DNA of 64,000 nucleotides from Escherichia phage UFV-AREG1, in sequence record KX009778. One strand, given 5' to 3'. The notes below the pieces were generated by a model. It searched no databases and was not told where the DNA came from. It saw only the letters and a program-made list of their open reading frames with translations. Below are positions 32,133-43,005 of the stretch, one piece after another. The translations under genes were made by a program, and so were the position numbers. Positions within the stretch are counted from its first letter, which is position 1, and each line of letters begins with the position of its first letter.

Positions 32133-32377
32133 TATAAATTCTCTTTTAAATGAAAATGCAGGACTTATTGGCATTGCCTGCGCAAGCCCTCAAGGGGAAC
32201 ATAGGTTTTTGGGTATTTAACGACCAGGATAACCATAAACCCGTCATCATTCACATTCAAGAGGTACACCATAAAACTGCCGGGGTCTTAAAACTATAAT
32301 GATTCGCAAATCATTAATCAGACAGTTCGATGGCTCCTCGATTTTAGCTCACACTAAGGCAGTGAATCTCCAATAAA

Positions 32378-32626
32378 TTACTTCAATGTTACCACAAAGT
32401 GACGAACTGCTTTTCGTGCAGCAGAAGCCAGAGGCTTAGCATACTTAAGTTCATCTTTTTCCTGAAGCTCAGCGGCTAATGCAGTTTGAGCAGGATTCAG
32501 ATGTTTGAAATAACGCAAGATTTCAAGAGCTTCGGCTTCAACATCAATAGATGCGCCATAGTTTTCGTGACCATTATTCCATGCGTTTCGTTGCAGTTCA
32601 AGAGCGTGTTGTAATTGTTTAATCAT
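32378..32626 (-). CDS. rIII: rIII lysis inhibition accessory protein
   Basis: 82 aa; sequence MIKQLQHALELQRNAWNNGH… and length match T4 rIII. Confidence 0.88.
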   Translation of the reverse strand: MIKQLQHALELQRNAWNNGHENYGASIDVEAEALEILRYFKHLNPAQTALAAELQEKDELKYAKPLASAARKAVRHFVVTLK

Positions 32627-32773
32627 TTAAAAATTCTCGTTAGAGATTAAAACCCGGTAGTCACGTTCTTCTGAATTTCATCTTCTTTCGACAGATCTCT
32701 CAGTTGTAGACTACCACATAGAATTGTTCGGTTAACTTATTATTCCGACACCCAATTCATATTATTATTTATA

Positions 32774-33109
32774 TCACTTATAAAGACACGGAATAGCTTT
32801 ATAGTGACAGGTAACAAATTTTTGTTTAATTTCCTTTGGCTGCTTAAGACCCAGAGCTACAAAAGGATGCGGAACGTTTCGAATTTGACCAACTGGAAGA
32901 GAAGTCAAATCACCAACTTCGCAGAAACCTTCAGGAACATCAGGACCAACAGAGTGAACTACACACAGTTCAGGAACTTCACCTTGGACACGTTTACCAA
33001 TAATAAGTCCTGATTCTGTAACTTCTTCATCACCGGCTTGCGCAGGTTCAGAAACTAAAATAACATATTCACCGACAGCACGAATTGGTAGCTGTTGTAC
33101 TTCAGACAT
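32774..33109 (-). CDS. 31: Co-chaperonin gp31 (GroES analogue)
   Basis: 111 aa, matches T4 gp31. Confidence 0.93.
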
Positions 33110-33165
33110 CGTTTTTCCTTTTTGTTAACAGATGAATTAATAATAACAAATAATTCTTAAAGCAT

Positions 33166-33474
33166 TTATTTACCAATAAATTGAAGCAAATGCTCAACTT
33201 TCATACCATTAACGGAAATCAATTTGTCAATAGAAAAACCTCGCCATGCACCAAGCTCAACATCAAATACTGGAATCATGTCAGTAGATTCTTTCCGAGT
33301 AGATTCAGTCAATTTACCAGTTTGCATGGTTGGCATAAAGTCTGCATCACGAGTACCTTTCATAGTACGAATAGTACCATCAGACTTTTCAAAAACTACG
33401 TTTGAAATACCCATGGACAATTTAGTTTTCAAAATTTCACGAATTGCTACTTTCTGTTCAGTTGTCAGTTTCAT
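33166..33474 (-). CDS. Hypothetical protein (31.1 position)
   Basis: 102 aa ORF. Confidence 0.7.
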   Translation of the reverse strand: MKLTTEQKVAIREILKTKLSMGISNVVFEKSDGTIRTMKGTRDADFMPTMQTGKLTESTRKESTDMIPVFDVELGAWRGFSIDKLISVNGMKVEHLLQFIGK

Positions 33475-33711
33475 TTATTTACCTATTACAGTTTTAATAT
33501 GAGTTGTTCCACGTTCTTTAAGAGTGGAAAGCAACTTTTGGCATTTTTCTAAATCAGATTTCCAACTATACGGCCTATCAATACAAACCCATTCTGACTT
33601 ATAGTACTGTTTCCATTTAGAGAAAAAATATTTCTTATACTCTACAGCAAATGAAATGTTCTCGTTAGAATAAGAACTAATTGCTGTGAGCTGTACCAAA
33701 CGAAATTTCAT
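33475..33711 (-). CDS. Hypothetical protein (31.2 position)
   Basis: 78 aa ORF. Confidence 0.65.
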   Translation of the reverse strand: MKFRLVQLTAISSYSNENISFAVEYKKYFFSKWKQYYKSEWVCIDRPYSWKSDLEKCQKLLSTLKERGTTHIKTVIGK

Positions 33712-34292
33712 TATTCACCACAGAATTCGTTGATATTTTCCCAATTTAACTTATTCAAGTTTTTCTTAGGAACATTAAACACTTCAATACCCGCATTTCG
33801 CAGAATATCATCCCAGCCAGGTTTATTTTTATCGTATGTTTCGCAATAAACCAACTTTTTAATTCCAGATTGAGCTATCGCTTTTGCACAATCTGGGCAA
33901 GGAGAAAGTGTTACATACATAGTAGCGCCTTCAATAGAAGAACCATTTCGCGCAGCAAACAAAATTGCATTTAGTTCAGCATGAATTTCATTTTTAGATG
34001 ACCATTTCGAGTGGGCGCTGCGGTGTTCTTTCGCCAAGACAAAACGATCAGTTGAACCAAATGATACACATTCAGGCTTATGGCCTTGGATGATAGTATG
34101 TTTAGGTTTATTCAGCAACCAACCTTGCTCAGCGGCATAATCACAACAGTTCACACCACCAGCAGGTGAACCGTTATATCCGGTAGAAATAATACGTCCA
34201 TTCTTTTCAATTACTGCTCCTACCTTCCAGGAGCAACATTTTGATTCTTGTGATACTAAATATGCAATTTGAAGTACTGTACTCGCTTTCAT
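33711..34292 (-). CDS. cd: dCMP deaminase
   Basis: 193 aa; zinc-binding deaminase motifs HAELNAI and SPCPDCAKAI. Confidence 0.95.
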   Translation of the reverse strand: MKASTVLQIAYLVSQESKCCSWKVGAVIEKNGRIISTGYNGSPAGGVNCCDYAAEQGWLLNKPKHTIIQGHKPECVSFGSTDRFVLAKEHRSAHSKWSSKNEIHAELNAILFAARNGSSIEGATMYVTLSPCPDCAKAIAQSGIKKLVYCETYDKNKPGWDDILRNAGIEVFNVPKKNLNKLNWENINEFCGE

Positions 34293-34627
34293 TTCATAAT
34301 CACCAGATAAGCAGATTTAGCAGTTTCAACACGATAAATTTCGTGACGAAGTTTAGTTATACTTTTAATAACAGAACTAATTATATTCTGCCCATCTTTA
34401 AAGCGGTTTTTCTTATCAATAAAAATTGCACCAGCCATCTTTTTGTGAAGCTCAACCGGGTACTTCGTCACAATAATAGCATCATACACAGAAGGATGAA
34501 TACTATTCACTAGAGTATCGTTCATTAAAGTTATTCTAATGAACTGTGCTGTTTCAGAATCAAGCGCTCTATGATCGCCAGTATCATTTTCAAGACAATT
34601 ATCAATTATATCAGTTAAATTCATCAT
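34289..34627 (-). CDS. Hypothetical protein (cd.1 position)
   Basis: 112 aa ORF. Confidence 0.7.
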   Translation of the reverse strand: MMNLTDIIDNCLENDTGDHRALDSETAQFIRITLMNDTLVNSIHPSVYDAIIVTKYPVELHKKMAGAIFIDKKNRFKDGQNIISSVIKSITKLRHEIYRVETAKSAYLVIMK

Positions 34628-34863
34628 AGTACGCCATACACCCTTTGTGCTTCAACTAATCCATCAAAATCCAGTTTAAGATGCGATATTTGGTCACCAT
34701 CACCTGGATTCACAATTACTAATACTGAACGAGGAGTTTCGGTAATAACACGAACCGATGTTTCAGGAAATCGTTCAGAAACCTTATTTACCAATTCCTG
34801 AGCAAATAGTTTAACTTTTTCTTGGAATTCTTTAACAGTAATTGGTTTTTCACTTAGCAGCAT
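34624..34863 (-). CDS. Hypothetical protein (cd.2 position)
   Basis: 79 aa ORF with T4 early-type promoter upstream. Confidence 0.65.
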   Translation of the reverse strand: MLLSEKPITVKEFQEKVKLFAQELVNKVSERFPETSVRVITETPRSVLVIVNPGDGDQISHLKLDFDGLVEAQRVYGVL

Positions 34864-34924
34864 TTTGTTTTCCTCATTTGTTTGGTAGAGCTATAATATC
34901 ACAACTCTACCGTAAAGTAAACTA

Positions 34925-35206
34925 TTAAATTGCTTTGAATTCTGCTGTCTGCGATTCAAAACGAATATCGCCTTTGATGACTAGCTCAGCATCAAGACCA
35001 AATACGACAATGATATGCGCGGAACCCGGATACAGCGTAATTGCAATAGAATCCACCTGGTCTGGAAGCAAAGTATTCAATACATGAGTCACTTGAGCAT
35101 GAATTCGAAGCTCGGCTGCGTTATCAAGCTTTTCAAACATATTATTAGCGATAATTTGACTAAACACTACTTCTACGATTTTAGAATAAGTCGGAAACAT
35201 ATTCAC
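34925..35206 (-). CDS. Hypothetical protein (cd.3 position)
   Basis: 93 aa ORF. Confidence 0.65.
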   Translation of the reverse strand: MNMFPTYSKIVEVVFSQIIANNMFEKLDNAAELRIHAQVTHVLNTLLPDQVDSIAITLYPGSAHIIVVFGLDAELVIKGDIRFESQTAEFKAI

Positions 35207-35395
35207 CTCACATAATTTTCTTCAAGCCAATTAATAACATCCAACGCATTATCAAAAGTTGAACCATCTACTATTTCTTCTGTTTCATAATCAAGAATAT
35301 CTAAGTCTACTCTTCCATCAACAATAGGCCATAAACAAAATAGATATTTCTTTTCTTTTTCAATTTTATCACAAAGTTGATAAATCTTTTCTATG

Positions 35396-35403
<8 letters not shown>
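35203..35403 (-). CDS. Hypothetical protein (cd.4 position)
   Basis: 66 aa ORF. Confidence 0.6.
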
Positions 35404-36818
<1,415 letters not shown>

Positions 36819-37052
36819 TTATTTTTTCTCAACCAATGATTGAATATAATCATGCAGGTCTTTAGATGCTTTACCCCATTTATTTTGATATTCATTTTTA
36901 AGATTAGCCCGAGATTGAGCTAATAAAACATCATTAGTTGGAGGTAAAGATTCTAATCGTTGAATCTGGCGACCATAAATCATTGCAGCCATCTCGGATT
37001 CATAAATCAATCCTTTGAGATGTTCAAATTGATGCCAAGAAATCATTTGCAT
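36819..37052 (-). CDS. Hypothetical protein
   Basis: 77 aa ORF. Confidence 0.6.
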   Translation of the reverse strand: MQMISWHQFEHLKGLIYESEMAAMIYGRQIQRLESLPPTNDVLLAQSRANLKNEYQNKWGKASKDLHDYIQSLVEKK

Positions 37053-37342
37053 TTATCCTCTTTTAACTCTTGACGATAATAACATATCATAGTTTTCTGG
37101 TCATGTACATATCGTTTTACATCATTAAGCCAAATACGAAATTCCTGGGAATCTTCAAATGGCATACCAACCCAAGCTTTACCATCAATAACTTTAACTT
37201 GCCAAGATAGTTTAGCTTGGTCATATGACTTTATTTGTACAGGCCAATTAGGATGAACTGTTTCTTTCTTTACTTCTAGAGGCTTTGTAGAACAACCAAC
37301 TAGAAGACCAATAGATAATATTACTGCGGATAGTTTAATCAT
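37043..37342 (-). CDS. Outer-membrane spanin (o-spanin lipoprotein)
   Basis: 99 aa; signal peptide with lipobox LLVGC; immediately downstream of a TM-anchored protein; T4 spanin position (pseT.2). Confidence 0.7.
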   Translation of the reverse strand: MIKLSAVILSIGLLVGCSTKPLEVKKETVHPNWPVQIKSYDQAKLSWQVKVIDGKAWVGMPFEDSQEFRIWLNDVKRYVHDQKTMICYYRQELKEDKCK

Positions 37343-37692
37343 TTAGAAAGATCCTGGATGTCTTCTGCGAACTTGCTAAAGGAACTGTTGATTTGTTTTT
37401 CAACCAATCCTGGCTTACTAGCCACCACATCCGCCTTCTTTGCGTCTTTGCGCAGCTTTTCATTTTCACGCTCAATAGCAGCAATTGCCTCACGATTTTT
37501 ATTATTCATTGCATCAATATAATTATATTGATTTTTTAAATCATTTAATGCTAAAGCGTTTTCATTGGCCGTTTTTGTAATTTCTACAACAGACGTCTCT
37601 AATCTTTCAATTTTATTTTTTAAAATTAAAGAAGTTCCGCCTAATGCAATTACAATTAATAGCAAACCTGCTGTCGTATTACTTAATTGCAT
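37339..37692 (-). CDS. Inner-membrane spanin (i-spanin)
   Basis: 117 aa; N-terminal TM helix AGLLLIVIALGGTSLIL then coiled-coil-like periplasmic domain; T4 spanin position (pseT.3). Confidence 0.7.
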   Translation of the reverse strand: MQLSNTTAGLLLIVIALGGTSLILKNKIERLETSVVEITKTANENALALNDLKNQYNYIDAMNNKNREAIAAIERENEKLRKDAKKADVVASKPGLVEKQINSSFSKFAEDIQDLSK

Positions 37693-38189
37693 AAAGTTTT
37701 AATAACCTCTATAATATCGTCTTGAGAAAGACCGTTAATTAAAATATGATGTTCAGCTGGAGATTTAGAAATTTTAAAGCATGCCGCAACATCTTCTGCC
37801 ATATCTGATGCACTACGATTTGGATTACTAATTCCAAGACGATGTTTTCCTGTCAAAGGATTAACGATGATATAGCATTTGCAGCTATTGATATGAACAT
37901 TAGGCTGAGTCTGATTAATGAATACTTCACAATCATACTTAGCGAGTTGATTTTCTAAAAAGACTTTCATCTCCTCAACCGCATCAGGAAGCATATCACG
38001 GGCTTGCTCAAGACGACGATTTCGATATTCTTTAACGGTCGTTTTCCGCTTGACTTGCTTAGCTAAATCTTTCTTAAGATCGGTGATATATCCAACTCGA
38101 CGATTTCCTTTGAATACAGAAATCCCATCTGTAGTATCACCGTATGCTTCAACGACCATTTCAGTAGTAATAAGCTGCAAATCCATCAT
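37683..38189 (-). CDS. alc: Alc, inhibitor of host transcription on dC-DNA
   Basis: 167-168 aa ORF in the T4 alc position between the spanins and rnlA. Confidence 0.85.
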   Translation of the reverse strand: MMDLQLITTEMVVEAYGDTTDGISVFKGNRRVGYITDLKKDLAKQVKRKTTVKEYRNRRLEQARDMLPDAVEEMKVFLENQLAKYDCEVFINQTQPNVHINSCKCYIIVNPLTGKHRLGISNPNRSASDMAEDVAACFKISKSPAEHHILINGLSQDDIIEVIKTLCN

Positions 38190-38217
38190 AAAGTCCTCAT
38201 GTTATGTCAGTAAGTCT

Positions 38218-38247
38218 ACTGTAACACAACACGAGAGACTTGTAAAC
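38218..38247 (-). promoter_or_regulatory. T4 early-type promoter (GTTTACA-N17-TACAGT) upstream of alc
   Basis: -35 at 38241..38247 and -10 at 38218..38223 in minus sense; near-identical to the module at 22892..22944. Confidence 0.55.
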
Positions 38248-38250
38248 AGC

Positions 38251-39838
<1,588 letters not shown>

Positions 39839-39847
39839 AATAAAATG

Positions 39848-39860
39848 GGCCTTGCGGCCC
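39848..39860. terminator. Hairpin gggcc-ttgc-ggccc between nrdB and denA
   Basis: GC stem-loop in a 27 nt intergenic gap. Confidence 0.45.
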
Positions 39861-39865
39861 ACTCC

Positions 39866-41044
39866 TTAAAAATATTTTTTAAAACTCATCATAACTTTAT
39901 CATCAACATCATTATCAATCTGTGCAACAAGGTAAGATGACAGTTCTACTTCTTGCGGCGCGGATTGAACATTATCAGAATTAAGATATTCACGAATCCA
40001 AGGATATGGGTGTTTAACCGGAGCATCGGTAATTGGGCATGGAAGACCACACTGTTTCATACGAGATACAGTTAAGTAATCAATAAAGCTCCACATGCTA
40101 TTTGTATTTAATCCAGGAACATCGCCATCTTTAAATAAATGAACTGCCCAATCTTTTTCTTGGCGGTTAACTTCCATGAAAATATCAACTGCTTCTTGTT
40201 CACACTCTTGAGCAATTTTAACCCATTCATCGCCGTCAGTGCCAAGTTGAAGTTGACGAATAATATATTGGGTGCCTTTAAGGTGAAGCTGCTCATCACG
40301 TGCAATGAACTTCATAATCTTGGCATTACCTTCCATAATTTCCATGTTCTTATGGAAGTTAAAGGTACATGCGAAAGATACATAAAAACGAATAGCTTCC
40401 AATGCGTTGATTACATGCAAACAGAGGTAAAGAGATTTCATTAGCTCACGCTTCCAATATGTCTCATGCTCAATAGCATCTTCAATAACGTCTTCGTCTG
40501 CATTAATTTCTTTTTGGTATTCGATATCAGCTTTAGCGTTTTCCCAATAACGAGTTTTAATCAGAACATCATCATAATAACGTCCAATTGATTCAGCACG
40601 TTTCATAATAGCTTCATCTAATACAATCTCATCAAACACCTTCGATGGATCAGTATAAAGATTTCGCATGATATGTGTATATGAACGGCTGTGAATAGTT
40701 TCACTAAAAGTCCACGTAGCAACCCATGTATCAAGGCTTGGGTCTGAAATTAATGACATAAGTACAGCAGATGGCGCGCGACCCTGAATGCTATCCAAAA
40801 GTGATTGATACTTCAGGTTATTAGTAAAAATATTCTGCTGATACTGAGGAAGTTTATTAAATTGCGCAGCATCCATCATCAAGTTTACTTCTTCAGGACG
40901 CCAGAAAAATGATAATTGCTTTTCAGTCAAATCTTCAAAAACTTTATGGCGTTGAATATCATAACGCGCAATACCAAGACCTGAACCGAAGAACATAGGT
41001 TCTTTTAAAACATCAACTGGATTTGTATTAAAAACTGTGCTCAT
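39866..41044 (-). CDS. nrdB: Ribonucleotide reductase small subunit NrdB (intron-less)
   Basis: 392 aa continuous ORF with no intron interruption. Confidence 0.93.
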   Translation of the reverse strand: MSTVFNTNPVDVLKEPMFFGSGLGIARYDIQRHKVFEDLTEKQLSFFWRPEEVNLMMDAAQFNKLPQYQQNIFTNNLKYQSLLDSIQGRAPSAVLMSLISDPSLDTWVATWTFSETIHSRSYTHIMRNLYTDPSKVFDEIVLDEAIMKRAESIGRYYDDVLIKTRYWENAKADIEYQKEINADEDVIEDAIEHETYWKRELMKSLYLCLHVINALEAIRFYVSFACTFNFHKNMEIMEGNAKIMKFIARDEQLHLKGTQYIIRQLQLGTDGDEWVKIAQECEQEAVDIFMEVNRQEKDWAVHLFKDGDVPGLNTNSMWSFIDYLTVSRMKQCGLPCPITDAPVKHPYPWIREYLNSDNVQSAPQEVELSSYLVAQIDNDVDDKVMMSFKKYF

Positions 41045-41095
41045 AAATTTTCCACTTAGTTAATAGATAGTGACTCGTCCATGAGTCAAATTATA

Positions 41096-42085
41096 TCATA
41101 ATTTACAGGATGAACAATCTTCAGCTTTTGGAGTTTCTATTTCATAATCATCAGTACCAGAACCATCGCGGGTATTATGATAATAGAAATTTTTTCCACC
41201 AAAATACCAAAAATACAAAAGGTCATCAATCATTATTGACATTGGAACCTTTCCTTTTGGAAAAATCTGCGGGTCATAGTATGTATTCGCCGAAGCTGAT
41301 TGACATACCCATTTCAGCATAATAGCTACCTGCGTGAGATAAGGTTTATTACCTTTCTTAGCTAATTTCCATGTATAATCATAGAGGTCTATGTTATGCT
41401 CAATATTGGGCACGACTTGATTAAAGGAGCCCTCTTTTGATTCTTTAACAGAGACTGGTCCACGTGGAGGCTCGATACCGTTTGTACTGTTAGAAACTTG
41501 GGAAGATGACTCACATGGCATAAGTGCTGATAATGTGCTATTACGGATGCCAAAGAGCTTAAGGTCTTCCCGCAGCGACGACCAGTCACAAACGTATTTT
41601 GGAGCTGCGATTTGGTCAATCTTTTTATTGTACCAGTCGATAGGTAATTCGCCTCGAGACCAACGAGTGTCTGAATAATATTCGCAAGGTCCTTTTTCTT
41701 TGGCGAGCTTAATGGATGCTTTAATGAGTCCATACTGTAATCTCTCAAATAGTTCATGTGTTAAATCGTTAGCATCTTCATAAGAAGCAAAGTTACTTGC
41801 CAGCCAAGCTGCATAGTTGGTAACACCTACACCGAGGTTACGACGCTTTTTAGCTTTTTCTGCTTCAGGAACTGGATATCCTTGGTAATCCAACAGATTA
41901 TCAAGAGCACGAACTTGAACTTCTGCCAATTCATTAATTTTATCTTGGTCTTGCCAGTCAAAATTATCCAGTACGAATGCAGAGAGAGTACAAAGGCCCA
42001 CTTCACCTTTGTTTTCAATAACTTGTATTGTTGTATACTCATCATCTTCGTAAAATTCATCTACAAATTCATAATCAATATTCAT
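41096..42085 (-). CDS. nrdA: Ribonucleotide reductase large subunit NrdA, C-terminal fragment
   Basis: 329 aa; own ATG embedded in the last codons of the HNH gene; 29 aa N-terminal extension then the GLCTLSAF… region and the NrdA C-terminus (…CSSCKL). Confidence 0.8.
   Translation of the reverse strand: MNIDYEFVDEFYEDDEYTTIQVIENKGEVGLCTLSAFVLDNFDWQDQDKINELAEVQVRALDNLLDYQGYPVPEAEKAKKRRNLGVGVTNYAAWLASNFASYEDANDLTHELFERLQYGLIKASIKLAKEKGPCEYYSDTRWSRGELPIDWYNKKIDQIAAPKYVCDWSSLREDLKLFGIRNSTLSALMPCESSSQVSNSTNGIEPPRGPVSVKESKEGSFNQVVPNIEHNIDLYDYTWKLAKKGNKPYLTQVAIMLKWVCQSASANTYYDPQIFPKGKVPMSIMIDDLLYFWYFGGKNFYYHNTRDGSGTDDYEIETPKAEDCSSCKL
41880..41992 (-). repeat. Direct repeat B, copy 2 (113 bp, nrdA coding)
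   Basis: Identical to 43007..43119. Confidence 0.9.
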
Positions 42086-42918
42086 TTAATTCTTCTACCT
42101 TTTTTCGAGATATTCCTAGAGCTTTAGATGCTCGATGTATTGATTGATATTCTATACCGTTTATTTTTACAGCAATTAAGTTATGGGGTTTTAATCCCTT
42201 TGGATGAGGTTTACTGACGTATTCTTGATTATCGTTTTCAGAGATGTTATCAAGCTTTCGACACTTAAAGCCTTTATGTTGAGACCTTTTGCCTTTGCAT
42301 ACGGCCGACATTGCCGAAGCATTGAGTGAATGTAGTTCGCAAAATTCTCTTAGGCCTTTATGGATTTCTTCATGACCGTCCGGGAAAGTAAATACCCAAG
42401 TTGTTTGAAGTTTTTCTCTATGCTCGTCAGTTACCGGAATACCTTTGTTCCAAGCTGGTTTGCCTTTATTATTTTCAGATACAGAAATAGCCAATTTTCT
42501 TCTAAGCCACCCATGGCGTTTATTGGTGTTCTTTCGTTCAATATTATCTTCAGAATAAACACACATCATATTAGCGGCAAATACCAATTTATGATTATCT
42601 GGATATATCTTTACTAATAATTGATGAGCTATGTAATGCTCTTCGGGTGTCAAATCTACCAGGTTTTCCTTTGTATCAGAACCACCAATACACAGAGGTA
42701 TAATATGGTGTGATTCGGTATAGCAATCTAATTTTCTGTTCTTAGCTTTAGAAATAAGGTTATTGTAAATTTTAGAATAATCCATAACTTTTCCTCTTGT
42801 TATGGATTATTTATTAACGGACTGTGTACTTTATTTGCTTTGAATTATACCGCCAGGATTAGCTTCATAAAACTTAGCTACATCCGACTTCTTAATTTTG
42901 ATTAAACGGGTTTGTTGG
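41993..42918 (-). mobile_element. HNH homing endonuclease cassette inserted in nrdA, including diverged nrdA-like flanks
   Basis: Unique segment bounded by repeat copies A2 and B2; holds the HNH ORF, its RBS and diverged flanking nrdA-like codons. Confidence 0.75.
42075..42785 (-). CDS. Free-standing HNH homing endonuclease (Mob-like), paralog of the uvsW-adjacent HNH
   Basis: 236 aa; HNH motif ESHHIIPLCIGG…NLVDLTPEEHYIAH; RBS agagga upstream; C-terminal DNA-binding-like region. Confidence 0.85.
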   Translation of the reverse strand: MDYSKIYNNLISKAKNRKLDCYTESHHIIPLCIGGSDTKENLVDLTPEEHYIAHQLLVKIYPDNHKLVFAANMMCVYSEDNIERKNTNKRHGWLRRKLAISVSENNKGKPAWNKGIPVTDEHREKLQTTWVFTFPDGHEEIHKGLREFCELHSLNASAMSAVCKGKRSQHKGFKCRKLDNISENDNQEYVSKPHPKGLKPHNLIAVKINGIEYQSIHRASKALGISRKKVEELNEY

Positions 42919-43005
42919 CTATTCACATCATTTGTTGGAATAGCAATTTCACAGCACAAGTTACTCTGACGAATAGGTGCCTTTTCACGAATAAACGGAG
43001 TATAG
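42919..43005 (-). repeat. Direct repeat A, copy 2 (87 bp, nrdA active-site region coding)
   Basis: Identical to 43142..43228; abuts repeat B copy 1 with 1 nt between. Confidence 0.9.

Noticed and set aside
32230-32340. tRNA-like signal (GTTCGAT resembling a T-loop) in the GC-rich island
   Set aside because: I could not build a flanking T-stem or a cloverleaf around it by eye; T-even tRNA genes cluster elsewhere in the genome.
41827-42127. Small ORFs on both strands inside the nrdA C-fragment / repeat B copy 2 (41827..42060 minus, 41882..42127 plus)
   Set aside because: Out-of-frame or antisense readings of nrdA coding sequence; no RBS and fully embedded.
41993-42918. Possibility that the HNH insert is an intein or a self-splicing group I intron restoring intact nrdA
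   Set aside because: The HNH ORF is in a different frame with its own RBS and stop, so it is not an in-frame intein; the insert is flanked by duplicated exon sequence rather than intron splice-site structure, and the downstream fragment has its own start codon. Splicing cannot be excluded without RNA data.
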